This document shows positions 46,333 to 55,349 of a stretch of DNA of 64,000 bases, one piece after another. The notes under the pieces were generated by a model. It did no database searches, was not told where the DNA came from, and worked only from the letters and a program-made list of their open reading frames with translations. The position numbers and the translations under genes were made by a program. Numbering within the stretch: position 1 is the first letter of the stretch; each line of letters opens with the position of its first letter. Source of the stretch: a virus. The DNA lies in IMG/VR virus record IMGVR_UViG_3300032285_001888, positions 8,934 to 72,933 of that record. One strand, given 5' to 3'.

Positions 46333-47028
46333 ATGATCATTGGCGTATGCGGGTTTATTGGTTCTGGCAAAGATACTATTGCCGATTACTTGACTAACTT
46401 TCACGGATTTCGACGAGAATCATTTGCCAACAGTCTCAAGGATGCAGTAAGTCACGTGTTTGGTTGGGACCGCACAATGCTAGAAGGCCGCACAAAATCA
46501 GCTCGTGAATGGCGTGAACAAGTAGATCCATGGTGGGCCGAACGCCTAAACATGCCTAATCTTACTCCTCGTTGGGTACTGCAATACTGGGGTACAGAAG
46601 TATGTCGTCGAGCATTTCATGATGATATCTGGATTGCCGCACTAGAAAACAAACTTCGCAACAGCAAAGACGACATTGTTATTAGCGACTGCCGTTTCCC
46701 TAACGAAATTAAAAGTATTAAGGCCGCCGGTGGCATTGTTATCCGTGTAAAACGAGGTGATGATCCCGAATGGTACAATGATGCCGCAGACATGAACGCT
46801 GGAGATCGTTGTATGAATTGGGCACTAGCTAAAAATCGTATGGAAAAACTAGGAATACATGCTAGCGAAACTGCCTGGGTTGGAACTAAGTTTGATGCAG
46901 TATTAACCAACGATGGCACCATAGACGAGCTGATGACTAAAGTTAAAGATCTGGTACAAGATCACCCTGCTTCCACTTCACCCCTTCCTTATGTAGAACT
47001 CGCTGGCAGTTTGCACACACAGTCTTGA
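46333..47028 (+). CDS. Deoxynucleoside monophosphate kinase (T4 gp1-like)
   Basis: IIGVCGFIGSGKDT P-loop, FA..LKD, TPRWVLQ.WGTE, ISDCRFPNE and HASE. Confidence 0.9.
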   Translation: MIIGVCGFIGSGKDTIADYLTNFHGFRRESFANSLKDAVSHVFGWDRTMLEGRTKSAREWREQVDPWWAERLNMPNLTPRWVLQYWGTEVCRRAFHDDIWIAALENKLRNSKDDIVISDCRFPNEIKSIKAAGGIVIRVKRGDDPEWYNDAADMNAGDRCMNWALAKNRMEKLGIHASETAWVGTKFDAVLTNDGTIDELMTKVKDLVQDHPASTSPLPYVELAGSLHTQS

Positions 47029-47269
47029 GATTAATGTGATGGCAGTTGTCTAGATTGCCATCAACATGAAACACAGCAAATACTTCATTGTGGGCACTTT
47101 TAAACCCACATTTATCACAGCTATTCTTAATTCTATAGCCAGCACGATGCCAACGTGCTACTCCCCTACCGCCAAGACATAGTTCGCATTTACGTCTATA
47201 GTAAGTGCGTCCGTTCTTGCGATAGTTAACAGCGGCAGGTCTTAGGCCGCATATACATAGTGGTCTCAT
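46943..47269 (-). CDS. Zinc-ribbon/HNH-like protein
   Basis: CxC and CxxC pairs plus HVDGN..N....NL..VCANC; TAAATA lies 5 nt upstream of the ATG. Confidence 0.7.
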   Translation of the reverse strand: MRPLCICGLRPAAVNYRKNGRTYYRRKCELCLGGRGVARWHRAGYRIKNSCDKCGFKSAHNEVFAVFHVDGNLDNCHHINLKTVCANCQRVLHKEGVKWKQGDLVPDL

Positions 47270-47336
47270 GCAAATATTTAAGCCTTTTTCGCCCCTTTTC
47301 TAGACGCTATAACTGCGCCAAAAAGTCCAAATGCCA

Positions 47337-47342
47337 TAAATA
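47337..47342 (+). promoter_or_regulatory. Putative late promoter for tail sheath/tube
   Basis: CATAAATA upstream of the GGAGA SD and ATG 47375. Confidence 0.6.
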
Positions 47343-47374
47343 CATTAACAGTATGTCATCATGGAGATAACACA

Positions 47375-50300
47375 ATGGCTCAATTAAGTTCACCAGGAAT
47401 AAGCGTAACGGTTGTTAACGAATCGTTCTACACACCCGCTGCCCCAGGTACCGTACCCCTAATCGTTGTTGCTTCGGCAGCAAACAAAATGAATTCAGCT
47501 GGAACAGGCATTGCTCCAGGAACACTGACAGCAAACGCTGGTGCAGTATATCTACTAACAAGTCAAGCAGACCTTGGCGCAACATTTGGTATTCCTTACT
47601 TCCAAACTGATGCTAGTGGTAATCCAGTTAATGCAGGCGAAACTAACGAATATGGTCTACAAGCGGCCTACAGCTTTTTAGGTGTAAGTAATCAAGCATA
47701 CGTTGTTCGTGCTCCAATCGACCTCGGACAAATAACAGGTTCAACAAGCATACCAACTGGCAGTCCAACTGCAGGAACATACTGGTGGAATACTACAGCA
47801 ACAAACTATGGTGTTTTCCAATGGAATGCTGGCGCCGCTACTACAACAAACGGACAGACATTCCAAGAACAACAGTCAATTAATAACCTAACAGTTATCA
47901 CTAACACAGCATATTTGAGCTCGTCAACAGGCTTAGATCTGTTAGACGTATATGATGCTCCTTTAGCTAGCTATGGTGCTCCAGGTAACTATGCAGTAGT
48001 AGCAAACAGTTCAGCTACAAACACAAACATTCTATGGTTCAAGTCTTACACTACAGCCAATGACGGAACAGGCGGAACAACTGTTACCGCTAGCAACAGT
48101 AGCTGGGTACAAGTTGGTACACCAGCGTGGACAGCAAGTTGGCCAACAGTTACTACTACAGCCGCTAGCCCAACATTTACTGCTAGCCAGACTATCGTAA
48201 TTAACACAAATACGATTGTCAATGCCGGTACGACTCTAGCAGGACTAGCCACAGCGATCAACGGTAGTGCGGCCCTAACCACAGCAGGTATTTCAGCTAG
48301 TGTTCAAAACGGTTTCTTAAACATCTATTCAACAGGTGCTCAAGTTACTATCGCGGCTGGTACTATGTCTCTAACAACATTAGGTATCACAGCTGGTACA
48401 TATAATCCACCGGTGTTAACTATTGCTCCACACTATCAAGTTCCACAATACGGTAACTATTCATCAGGAATACTAACTGGTACAACTGGATTCCCAACAG
48501 GTAGCTTATGGATTAAAACAACCACAGTTAACCTAGGTGCTAATTTTAATATCGAATACTACAACGGCACAACTGCTAGCTGGATGCAACAGTCTATTCC
48601 ACAGATTTATGCTAATAATCAAACAGCAATGGCTTCACTAGATCCACTAGGTGGCGGAGCTAATATTCCAGTTGGTCAGGTCTACATCAAGTATAATGAT
48701 ACAGAAGAAACTAGAACAATTAACAGTATCACATATCCGTCTTATGCTAACTACAAGGTTTTCTATCGCACTTCAACTGGCGCTACAACTGTAACGTCAA
48801 ACATTATTACAGCAAGTACATTTACTAGTGGTTCAAACACAATCGTAGCTGTTTCATCTAGCCAGATTGGCAGTGGTACACTAACATCAGCACCACAAGT
48901 AAGTGGCGCGGCTGTTACATTTACTGCTTCAGGTAATGCTACAACAGACGCACAGGCATTTGTTACAGCATTTAACAATGCTACACAAACACTAACTAAC
49001 GTCGTAGCTAGCATCAATGCAAATAATCAAATCGTGATATCACATACACAAGGTGGTGATATACGCTTTACTGACGGTACTAATACTCCGATCAGAGCGG
49101 CCTTTACTACTAGCGGTACATTAGGTATTAGCAATTTCTTTGCCGCACCTAACTCAACAGGTAGCGATGGCAAGTACTTAGTTTCTGCCTGGGCTAACAC
49201 AACCACAGTTACTGGCAGTACTCCTTGGGTAACAGTAAGTGCAACAGCACCTACAACAACTCCAGCTAACGGTACACTATGGTATGATACAGTAATTACT
49301 GATCTAGATATCATGATCAATGATGGCTCACGTTGGAGAGGTTACTGCTCAACAGCAGGTAAGGTTGTAGTCAACCAAGGCGTAGGTTATGCAAATTCCG
49401 CAACTTCAACCGACATCAATGGTCCTATTATTTCAGCAACACAACCGACTACTAACTCAACAGGTGCTAGTTTACAGCACGGTGATTTATGGTTAAATTC
49501 AAGCAACACAGAAGCTTGGCCAACACTGTACAAGTATAATTCACTAACAAAAGCATGGGTACTAGTTACTAACAGCGACCATACAACACAAAACGGAATT
49601 GTATTTGCCGATGCACGTTGGTACGATGACAGCACAAACTCAGCTAGCGCAAAATCAGGCGCCGCAAGTCCACAAACTGTTGCAGGCGCCGCAACTGGCA
49701 CATTGATCACTAGTGACTTTGTAGACTTTGACGCTCCTAACCCAGCACTATATCCAAAAGGTATGTTGCTATGGAACCTACGTCGTTCAGGATTCAACGT
49801 CAAGAAATATGTAGTTGGTTACGTTAACACAGCCGCACAAAATACAATCGTAAATGGCGCAGGCGTAGCACCATACATGACTTACTACTATCCAGATCGT
49901 TGGGTTACAGCAAGTCCTAATGATTATCTAGGTGTTGGACAGTTTGGACGTAAAGCTCAACGTGCAGTTGTTGTAGCTTCACTAAACGGATTAATCAACA
50001 GCAATCAGAATATACGCAACGAAGACAGTCTTGTATACGACTTGTTATCTTGCCCAGGTTACCTTGAAACAACAAGTTCATTGGTTAGCCTAAACACAGG
50101 ACGTGGTGGACTATCATTTATCATAGCAGATGCTCCAGCTCGTTTAACACCGGATGCAACAAGCCTAAATGCTTGGGGTAGCAATATCAAGAATGCTACA
50201 GGTGACGGTGAAGTTGGTTTAATCACAACTAGCGAAAACGTTGGTGTTTATTATCCATGGGCAGAAACTACAGACTTATACGGTAATAATATTGCTGTTC

Positions 50301-50899
50301 CTCCAAGTCACATCATGTTACGTACAATCGCACTAAGTGACAACGTTTCTTATCCATGGTTTGCACCAGCTGGTGTACGTCGTGGCGGTGTAACAAATGC
50401 TAGTTCAGTAGGTTATGTAGTTGGACAAACAGGTGTATTCCAACCAACATCATTGAATACAGGACAGCGAAATACACTATCAACAATACAGGTTAATCCG
50501 ATTACCTACATCGGTGGAACAGGTCTAGTGGTATACGGACAGTACACTCGTTCGTTAGTTGCTAGCGCAGTAAATCGTATCAACGTTGCACGTCTAGTGA
50601 TTTATCTACGTTACCAATTGAATGCTATTGCTAAGCCATATGTATTTGAACCAAACGATACAATTACACGTAATTCGATCAAGCAACAAATTGAAAAATT
50701 ATTGCTTAACCTAACAGGTGAACGTGCTCTATATGACCATCTAGTAGTATGTGATACAACTAACAACACTCCAAGCAGAATAGATGCTAATGAGTTGCAT
50801 GTTGATATAGCTATTGAGCCGGTTAAGGCCGTGGAGTTTATTTACATTCCATTGCGTTTAGAGAACACTGGCGCTATTGCTGGTTTAGGTAGCAAATAA
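47375..50899 (+). CDS. Contractile tail sheath protein (T4 gp18-like) with large insertion
   Basis: N-terminal LSSPGISVTVVNES and C-terminal PWFAPAG.RRG, RINVARL, FEPND..TR and IEPVKAVEFIYI. Confidence 0.93.
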   Translation: MAQLSSPGISVTVVNESFYTPAAPGTVPLIVVASAANKMNSAGTGIAPGTLTANAGAVYLLTSQADLGATFGIPYFQTDASGNPVNAGETNEYGLQAAYSFLGVSNQAYVVRAPIDLGQITGSTSIPTGSPTAGTYWWNTTATNYGVFQWNAGAATTTNGQTFQEQQSINNLTVITNTAYLSSSTGLDLLDVYDAPLASYGAPGNYAVVANSSATNTNILWFKSYTTANDGTGGTTVTASNSSWVQVGTPAWTASWPTVTTTAASPTFTASQTIVINTNTIVNAGTTLAGLATAINGSAALTTAGISASVQNGFLNIYSTGAQVTIAAGTMSLTTLGITAGTYNPPVLTIAPHYQVPQYGNYSSGILTGTTGFPTGSLWIKTTTVNLGANFNIEYYNGTTASWMQQSIPQIYANNQTAMASLDPLGGGANIPVGQVYIKYNDTEETRTINSITYPSYANYKVFYRTSTGATTVTSNIITASTFTSGSNTIVAVSSSQIGSGTLTSAPQVSGAAVTFTASGNATTDAQAFVTAFNNATQTLTNVVASINANNQIVISHTQGGDIRFTDGTNTPIRAAFTTSGTLGISNFFAAPNSTGSDGKYLVSAWANTTTVTGSTPWVTVSATAPTTTPANGTLWYDTVITDLDIMINDGSRWRGYCSTAGKVVVNQGVGYANSATSTDINGPIISATQPTTNSTGASLQHGDLWLNSSNTEAWPTLYKYNSLTKAWVLVTNSDHTTQNGIVFADARWYDDSTNSASAKSGAASPQTVAGAATGTLITSDFVDFDAPNPALYPKGMLLWNLRRSGFNVKKYVVGYVNTAAQNTIVNGAGVAPYMTYYYPDRWVTASPNDYLGVGQFGRKAQRAVVVASLNGLINSNQNIRNEDSLVYDLLSCPGYLETTSSLVSLNTGRGGLSFIIADAPARLTPDATSLNAWGSNIKNATGDGEVGLITTSENVGVYYPWAETTDLYGNNIAVPPSHIMLRTIALSDNVSYPWFAPAGVRRGGVTNASSVGYVVGQTGVFQPTSLNTGQRNTLSTIQVNPITYIGGTGLVVYGQYTRSLVASAVNRINVARLVIYLRYQLNAIAKPYVFEPNDTITRNSIKQQIEKLLLNLTGERALYDHLVVCDTTNNTPSRIDANELHVDIAIEPVKAVEFIYIPLRLENTGAIAGLGSK

Positions 50900-50911
50900 A
50901 GGAGAAATTAA

Positions 50912-51544
50912 ATGGCAATCGCGGCACTATCAAATTTTACAGTACCATTAGCTTCAGATCAAAGCGCAGGTTCACAAGGCATGCTAATGCCAAAGTTGAA
51001 ATACAGATTTCGTATTTCATTTGAAAACTTTGGTGTAAGCACTCCTACAACTGAGCTAACAAAACAAGTTGCGGAAGCATCTCGTCCACAAGTTAAATTT
51101 ACTGATCAAGTTATTGAAATTTACAACAGCAAGATCCACTATGCAGGCAAACCATCCTGGGAACCAATCCCAATCAAACTACGTGACGATGTCACAGGTG
51201 CTGTTAGCAAGCTAGTAGGCGAGCAAAATCAGAAACAATTTGACTTTTTTGAACAAAGTTCAGCGGCTTCAGCAGGTGATTATAAGTTTACCATGCGTAT
51301 CGAAATCCTTGACGGTGGTAACGGCAATATGGTTCCAAGCGTTCTTGAAACATGGGTATGCTATGGTTGCTATGTTGAATCAACTAACTGGCAAGATTTA
51401 AAATACAGCGAGCAAGGCCCTGCTATGATTGACTTGTCAATACGATTCGATAATGCAGTACAAATTGCTCCAGTTCCAGCTATCGGTAGCCCAACACCGG
51501 TAATGAACAATGCCAAAACTGGTAATAACGTACTAGGCGCATAA
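50912..51544 (+). CDS. Tail tube protein (T4 gp19-like)
   Basis: Immediately follows the sheath. PKLKYRFR...RP...YAGKPSW.PI...RDD...W..YGC...L.Y...I.L.IRFD. Confidence 0.88.
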   Translation: MAIAALSNFTVPLASDQSAGSQGMLMPKLKYRFRISFENFGVSTPTTELTKQVAEASRPQVKFTDQVIEIYNSKIHYAGKPSWEPIPIKLRDDVTGAVSKLVGEQNQKQFDFFEQSSAASAGDYKFTMRIEILDGGNGNMVPSVLETWVCYGCYVESTNWQDLKYSEQGPAMIDLSIRFDNAVQIAPVPAIGSPTPVMNNAKTGNNVLGA

Positions 51545-51548
51545 TACT

Positions 51549-51571
51549 AAGCCTGCACTTGCAGGCTTTTT
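51549..51571 (+). terminator. Intrinsic terminator after the tail tube gene
   Basis: AAGCCTGCA-CT-TGCAGGCTT hairpin followed by a T tract. Confidence 0.8.
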
Positions 51572-51618
51572 ATTGACTACCCATTAACTACGCACTTTAT
51601 ACATAGAATAAATACTGT

Positions 51619-52632
51619 ATGGCATTCACATCCAACGATCATTTAAAGTCCGATGCATTTACCTATCTACGTGACTGGCGACATGCCGCAGACTTGTTTA
51701 ATGCTGACCAGTTTAGGCTTGCTCCTAAGTTTGGTTTTCAATTCCATGTGGCATTTGGTATCAATACAGGTGCATTACAAAATACTGCCCTAGTGCAACG
51801 CTACGGTTCTGAAATTAACATGCTGGTTAAAAGTGTAGCATTGCCTAGTTATACAGTTAGTATAGAAACACTGAATCAATACAACAGAAAAAAGAATGTT
51901 CAGTACTATCACAAGCCCGGTGACATTGATATTAAATTCCACGATGATAACATGGGATTGATCAATCAACTATGGCAAAATTATTATAGTTACTACTATG
52001 CAGATCCAATGTCTGCAAAAGTCTCCGGGGCCTACGCAAGGAACGCTACCCAGAGCAGTAATTATATTCCTACTAGTTACGGTCTTGATAATGGAAGTAC
52101 TGATCCATTTTTTAATTATATAAAAATCTATCAAATGGCTCGTCACGAATATGTAGAGTACATACTAAGCAATCCTATTATCACCAGCTGGAATCACAAT
52201 CGACTAGATTATGCCGATACCAAGACACGCGAGTTCGACATGAAGATCATGTACGAAGCTGTTAGCTATAACGTTGGTTCTGTAGACCCGGCTATAGATC
52301 CATCGGGCGGAGTTGAAGGGTTTGGCGACACACACTATGATCACGGAATGAGCCCCCAACAGGGTATCAACCCCGATCCAACAGTAATTAATCCCAGCTT
52401 TGTAGAAAGTTTAAATCTAGAAGGCGCTGCCGGCTCTATACTAGCCAGTGTAATAAATCAAATAGCCAGTGCCCAGAATACTATAGCTCCAATTAATGCT
52501 TCAGGTACTGCTGGACTATTGACTCCGCCCGCAGGAACAAACGTTGGTGGACTATCGGGCGTAGCATTTCCACAAAGTAGCACTGTAGCTAACACAGGCA
52601 CAACAGCTTCATCATCAGGGATACAAGCATGA
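51619..52632 (+). CDS. Tail tube-like/baseplate tube initiator protein
   Basis: Tube-fold pattern LVKSV.LP.Y.V..E..NQYN.K...I.FHDD...L.NP.I......L.Y......M...YE, plus a low-complexity tail. Confidence 0.65.
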   Translation: MAFTSNDHLKSDAFTYLRDWRHAADLFNADQFRLAPKFGFQFHVAFGINTGALQNTALVQRYGSEINMLVKSVALPSYTVSIETLNQYNRKKNVQYYHKPGDIDIKFHDDNMGLINQLWQNYYSYYYADPMSAKVSGAYARNATQSSNYIPTSYGLDNGSTDPFFNYIKIYQMARHEYVEYILSNPIITSWNHNRLDYADTKTREFDMKIMYEAVSYNVGSVDPAIDPSGGVEGFGDTHYDHGMSPQQGINPDPTVINPSFVESLNLEGAAGSILASVINQIASAQNTIAPINASGTAGLLTPPAGTNVGGLSGVAFPQSSTVANTGTTASSSGIQA

Positions 52633-52997
52633 TAACAGGAAATTTACCAGTCTCTATACATGCAGATACTACTAGTGTAAAAATGTTCTTTGATAATTAT
52701 TTTGCCACACAGGTAAGTTTTCCTGCGGCAGAAATCGATGCTACAGTAGGATTTTTTGCTAAAAGAGGTTTTGATTCATCTAGTGCTAACTCGACAGCTA
52801 TTATCTTACTTAATCAAGCTAGGGTTGAAAATGTATCAGTGTTTAGTTTACTTGACAAATTAAAAGGACTAACCGATGTACAGTTAGGTCAAGTTGTTGC
52901 TCAAGTTTTAAATGCCTATAGAGAAAAGACCAGTTTGTTAGGTTACAGAACTGCGGTAGTTACTGACACGTTCGAAGCTCGCAACATCTTAATATAA
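52629..52997 (+). CDS. Hypothetical protein
   Basis: 122-aa ORF coupled by an ATGA overlap within the structural operon. Confidence 0.65.
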   Translation: MITGNLPVSIHADTTSVKMFFDNYFATQVSFPAAEIDATVGFFAKRGFDSSSANSTAIILLNQARVENVSVFSLLDKLKGLTDVQLGQVVAQVLNAYREKTSLLGYRTAVVTDTFEARNILI

Positions 52998-52998
52998 A

Positions 52999-53427
52999 AT
53001 GTCTAAGTTTGCTCGCGGCAAGTTCAGTATGAAACATCCTGAAAAGTATGTGGGCAACAAGATGCCTACATACCGTAGTAGTTGGGAATGGAGTTTTATG
53101 AACTTTTGTGACAACAATGATAGTGTAGTCAAATGGGCGAGTGAAGCTATACAAATCCCCTACATCGATCCCCTAACAGAAAAACATACAGTATATGTAC
53201 CTGATTTTTTTATACAATATGTAGATAAAAACGGTCGCATGCAACTAGAGCTAATCGAAATAAAACCTGCTAGTCAAACAGTTTTAGAACGAGTTGGCAA
53301 GAGTGTACACAATCAAAGCCAGTTTATTAAGAATCAAGCCAAGTGGGCCGCTGCCGGAAACTGGTGTAAACAACAGGGCCTAAAATTCCGTATTCTTAAT
53401 GAAAATGACATATTCAGCCATCGCTAG
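52999..53427 (+). CDS. Head completion nuclease (T4 gp4-like, TnsA-type PD-(D/E)xK)
   Basis: P.KY.G....YRSSWE..FM..CD...W.SE...IPY...Y.PDF...LIEIKP...NQAKW.AA. Confidence 0.9.
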   Translation: MSKFARGKFSMKHPEKYVGNKMPTYRSSWEWSFMNFCDNNDSVVKWASEAIQIPYIDPLTEKHTVYVPDFFIQYVDKNGRMQLELIEIKPASQTVLERVGKSVHNQSQFIKNQAKWAAAGNWCKQQGLKFRILNENDIFSHR

Positions 53428-53441
53428 GTATAAGTAATAAT

Positions 53442-53921
53442 ATGACTAAGAAACTAGAAGAAGTTCTAAATCTTCCTGAAAGTAAGAAAATTGTCAAGGA
53501 AGAAGAAAAGAAGCAAGTTAAAGCTGATATAGCCCAGCCGTTCCTTCGCGACATTAGCGAGTTTGATAAAATTTCAGCCGCACTCCCGCAGGTAAAGGGA
53601 CTAGGGGATATAGGCGATGCCGAACTAGACGAACTAGCCCAAAAAGCCAAAGATGCCTACGAGGATATCATGGACTTAGGTATGAATGTAGAAGCTAGAT
53701 ACAGCGGACGTCTATTTGAAGTAGCCGCTAGCATGCTAGGACATGCTATTACGGCTAAAACTGCTAAATTAGACAAGAAATTAAAAATGATTGATCTACA
53801 GATTAAGAAGCAAAAAATGGATCAAGATGCTAACAATGATGACAGCGTTACTATACAAGGCGATGGTGTTATCATCACAGATCGCAATAGTTTGCTCGAG
53901 AAATTAAAGAATTTAAAATAA
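53442..53921 (+). CDS. Probable terminase small subunit
   Basis: Helical protein with R.FEVA..ML and a coiled coil ending ...DRNSLL, resembling gp16-like proteins; lies upstream of the large terminase. Confidence 0.55.
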   Translation: MTKKLEEVLNLPESKKIVKEEEKKQVKADIAQPFLRDISEFDKISAALPQVKGLGDIGDAELDELAQKAKDAYEDIMDLGMNVEARYSGRLFEVAASMLGHAITAKTAKLDKKLKMIDLQIKKQKMDQDANNDDSVTIQGDGVIITDRNSLLEKLKNLK

Positions 53922-53942
53922 ATATATGACTAGGATCATACT

Positions 53943-54575
53943 ATGAAATCATTCAAACACTACTTAACAGAAAGCACTAAGGTCTACGAATTTAAGATCA
54001 AAATTGCTGGCCCTCATACTAAAGAAGCAGTTGCACAGATTAAAGCTAGTCTAGCTGAATTCCATTGCGCTAAAGTTTCTTCTGGTAAAACCACACCTAT
54101 TAGCGAGCGCCAAGCAGACTTTCCAGAACACAGAAATACAGAAATGACTGTGTATGATATCGAAACTAATTATCCAGCTACTAGCTTACAAATACGTGAT
54201 CGTATTGCAGTAGGACTAGGAGTAACACACAATCATGTTAAAGTGCATAGTGTATACGAAGAACTAGAAAATGAAATTAATCATCAGCATGACGAACTCA
54301 CGGGTGAAGCATTAGTTGGAAAAGAACAAGATCCAAGTAATAACGGCAGTATGGTCAATGACGAATACAAATATAATCTACTAAAAGAATTAGGTAAAAC
54401 AAAACATCAGGGCACACAGTTTAAAGGATATAATGATCAAATCCTAGCTGACAGTGTTCCCGGCCTTGCTCCAGAATATCGTAAAGAAAAACAATCTAAG
54501 CAAGATGGTAAACACTTGAGTACTATTGGCACAACGCAAAATAAAATGCCTGCTATAGTTAAAGGAGCAAGATAA
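53943..54575 (+). CDS. Probable internal head protein with capsid-targeting-like N-terminus
   Basis: Starts MKSFKHYLTE, which resembles the T4 internal-protein targeting leader; TAAATA at 53919. Confidence 0.55.
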   Translation: MKSFKHYLTESTKVYEFKIKIAGPHTKEAVAQIKASLAEFHCAKVSSGKTTPISERQADFPEHRNTEMTVYDIETNYPATSLQIRDRIAVGLGVTHNHVKVHSVYEELENEINHQHDELTGEALVGKEQDPSNNGSMVNDEYKYNLLKELGKTKHQGTQFKGYNDQILADSVPGLAPEYRKEKQSKQDGKHLSTIGTTQNKMPAIVKGAR

Positions 54576-55276
54576 TGAATTTAAAAGATTTGATCGCAAA
54601 AATGGATGCTATTGAAGAAGGCGTCGAAATGAAAGCCACCGAATGTGGCGAAATGCCAATGCCGGGAGCAGTGATGTCAATCGGCCCACAAGCTCATCAA
54701 GGTCAACAAGATAATGTGTCAATGACTATTAATGTCAACGGACAAGGTGAAGGCGGTCTTCGTAGCATTATGAATATCCTACGTGATATTGAAGCCGGTG
54801 AAGCACCAATGGACGACGAGGAACCTATGATGGGCACGGAAGAAATTCTAAATGTCCAAGGTGACGAAAGCCCATTGTCTGTATCACCAGATGAAGACAT
54901 GGAAGAAGTTATCGGAGACGATGAACACAAGTGGGGCAATGCGGCACACGGTGGTCACGGTCATCATACACATGGCATAGAAGCAGTAACATTTAGTGGT
55001 GACGATATGAACGGTAAAGGTAAGATTAGCCCTGTATCACGTGCTCCTGGTACTAACTCGTTACGTGAGCCTAGCCAATTTGACGAAGCACTAGTTGATC
55101 GTTTACAAGCTATGTACCAAGAAATTAAAGAAGCAGGCGATAAAAGAACAATGAGTCGTGCGGCCAAAGGTATTATGAAATACGGCAAAAAAGGCATGCA
55201 GGCATTACGTGATGCAGAAGCGGAAGGCAAAGACTTAGAGCCAGTACGTACCAAATACAACAAATATAAAAAGTAA
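54575..55276 (+). CDS. Hypothetical acidic, Met/His-rich protein (possible head core protein)
   Basis: 233 aa with an AAGGAG SD, an acidic low-complexity core, a His cluster and a basic C-terminal module. Confidence 0.65.
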   Translation: MNLKDLIAKMDAIEEGVEMKATECGEMPMPGAVMSIGPQAHQGQQDNVSMTINVNGQGEGGLRSIMNILRDIEAGEAPMDDEEPMMGTEEILNVQGDESPLSVSPDEDMEEVIGDDEHKWGNAAHGGHGHHTHGIEAVTFSGDDMNGKGKISPVSRAPGTNSLREPSQFDEALVDRLQAMYQEIKEAGDKRTMSRAAKGIMKYGKKGMQALRDAEAEGKDLEPVRTKYNKYKK

Positions 55277-55308
55277 TTCGTCGCAGTTAGCACTCTGTTT
55301 CCAGTGCC

Positions 55309-55336
55309 AAATAGACCCTCCGGGGTCTATTTTTTT
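55309..55336 (+). terminator. Intrinsic terminator
   Basis: AAATAGACCC-TCCG-GGGTCTATTT hairpin followed by further T residues. Confidence 0.85.
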
Positions 55337-55349
55337 CAGTAAATACATT

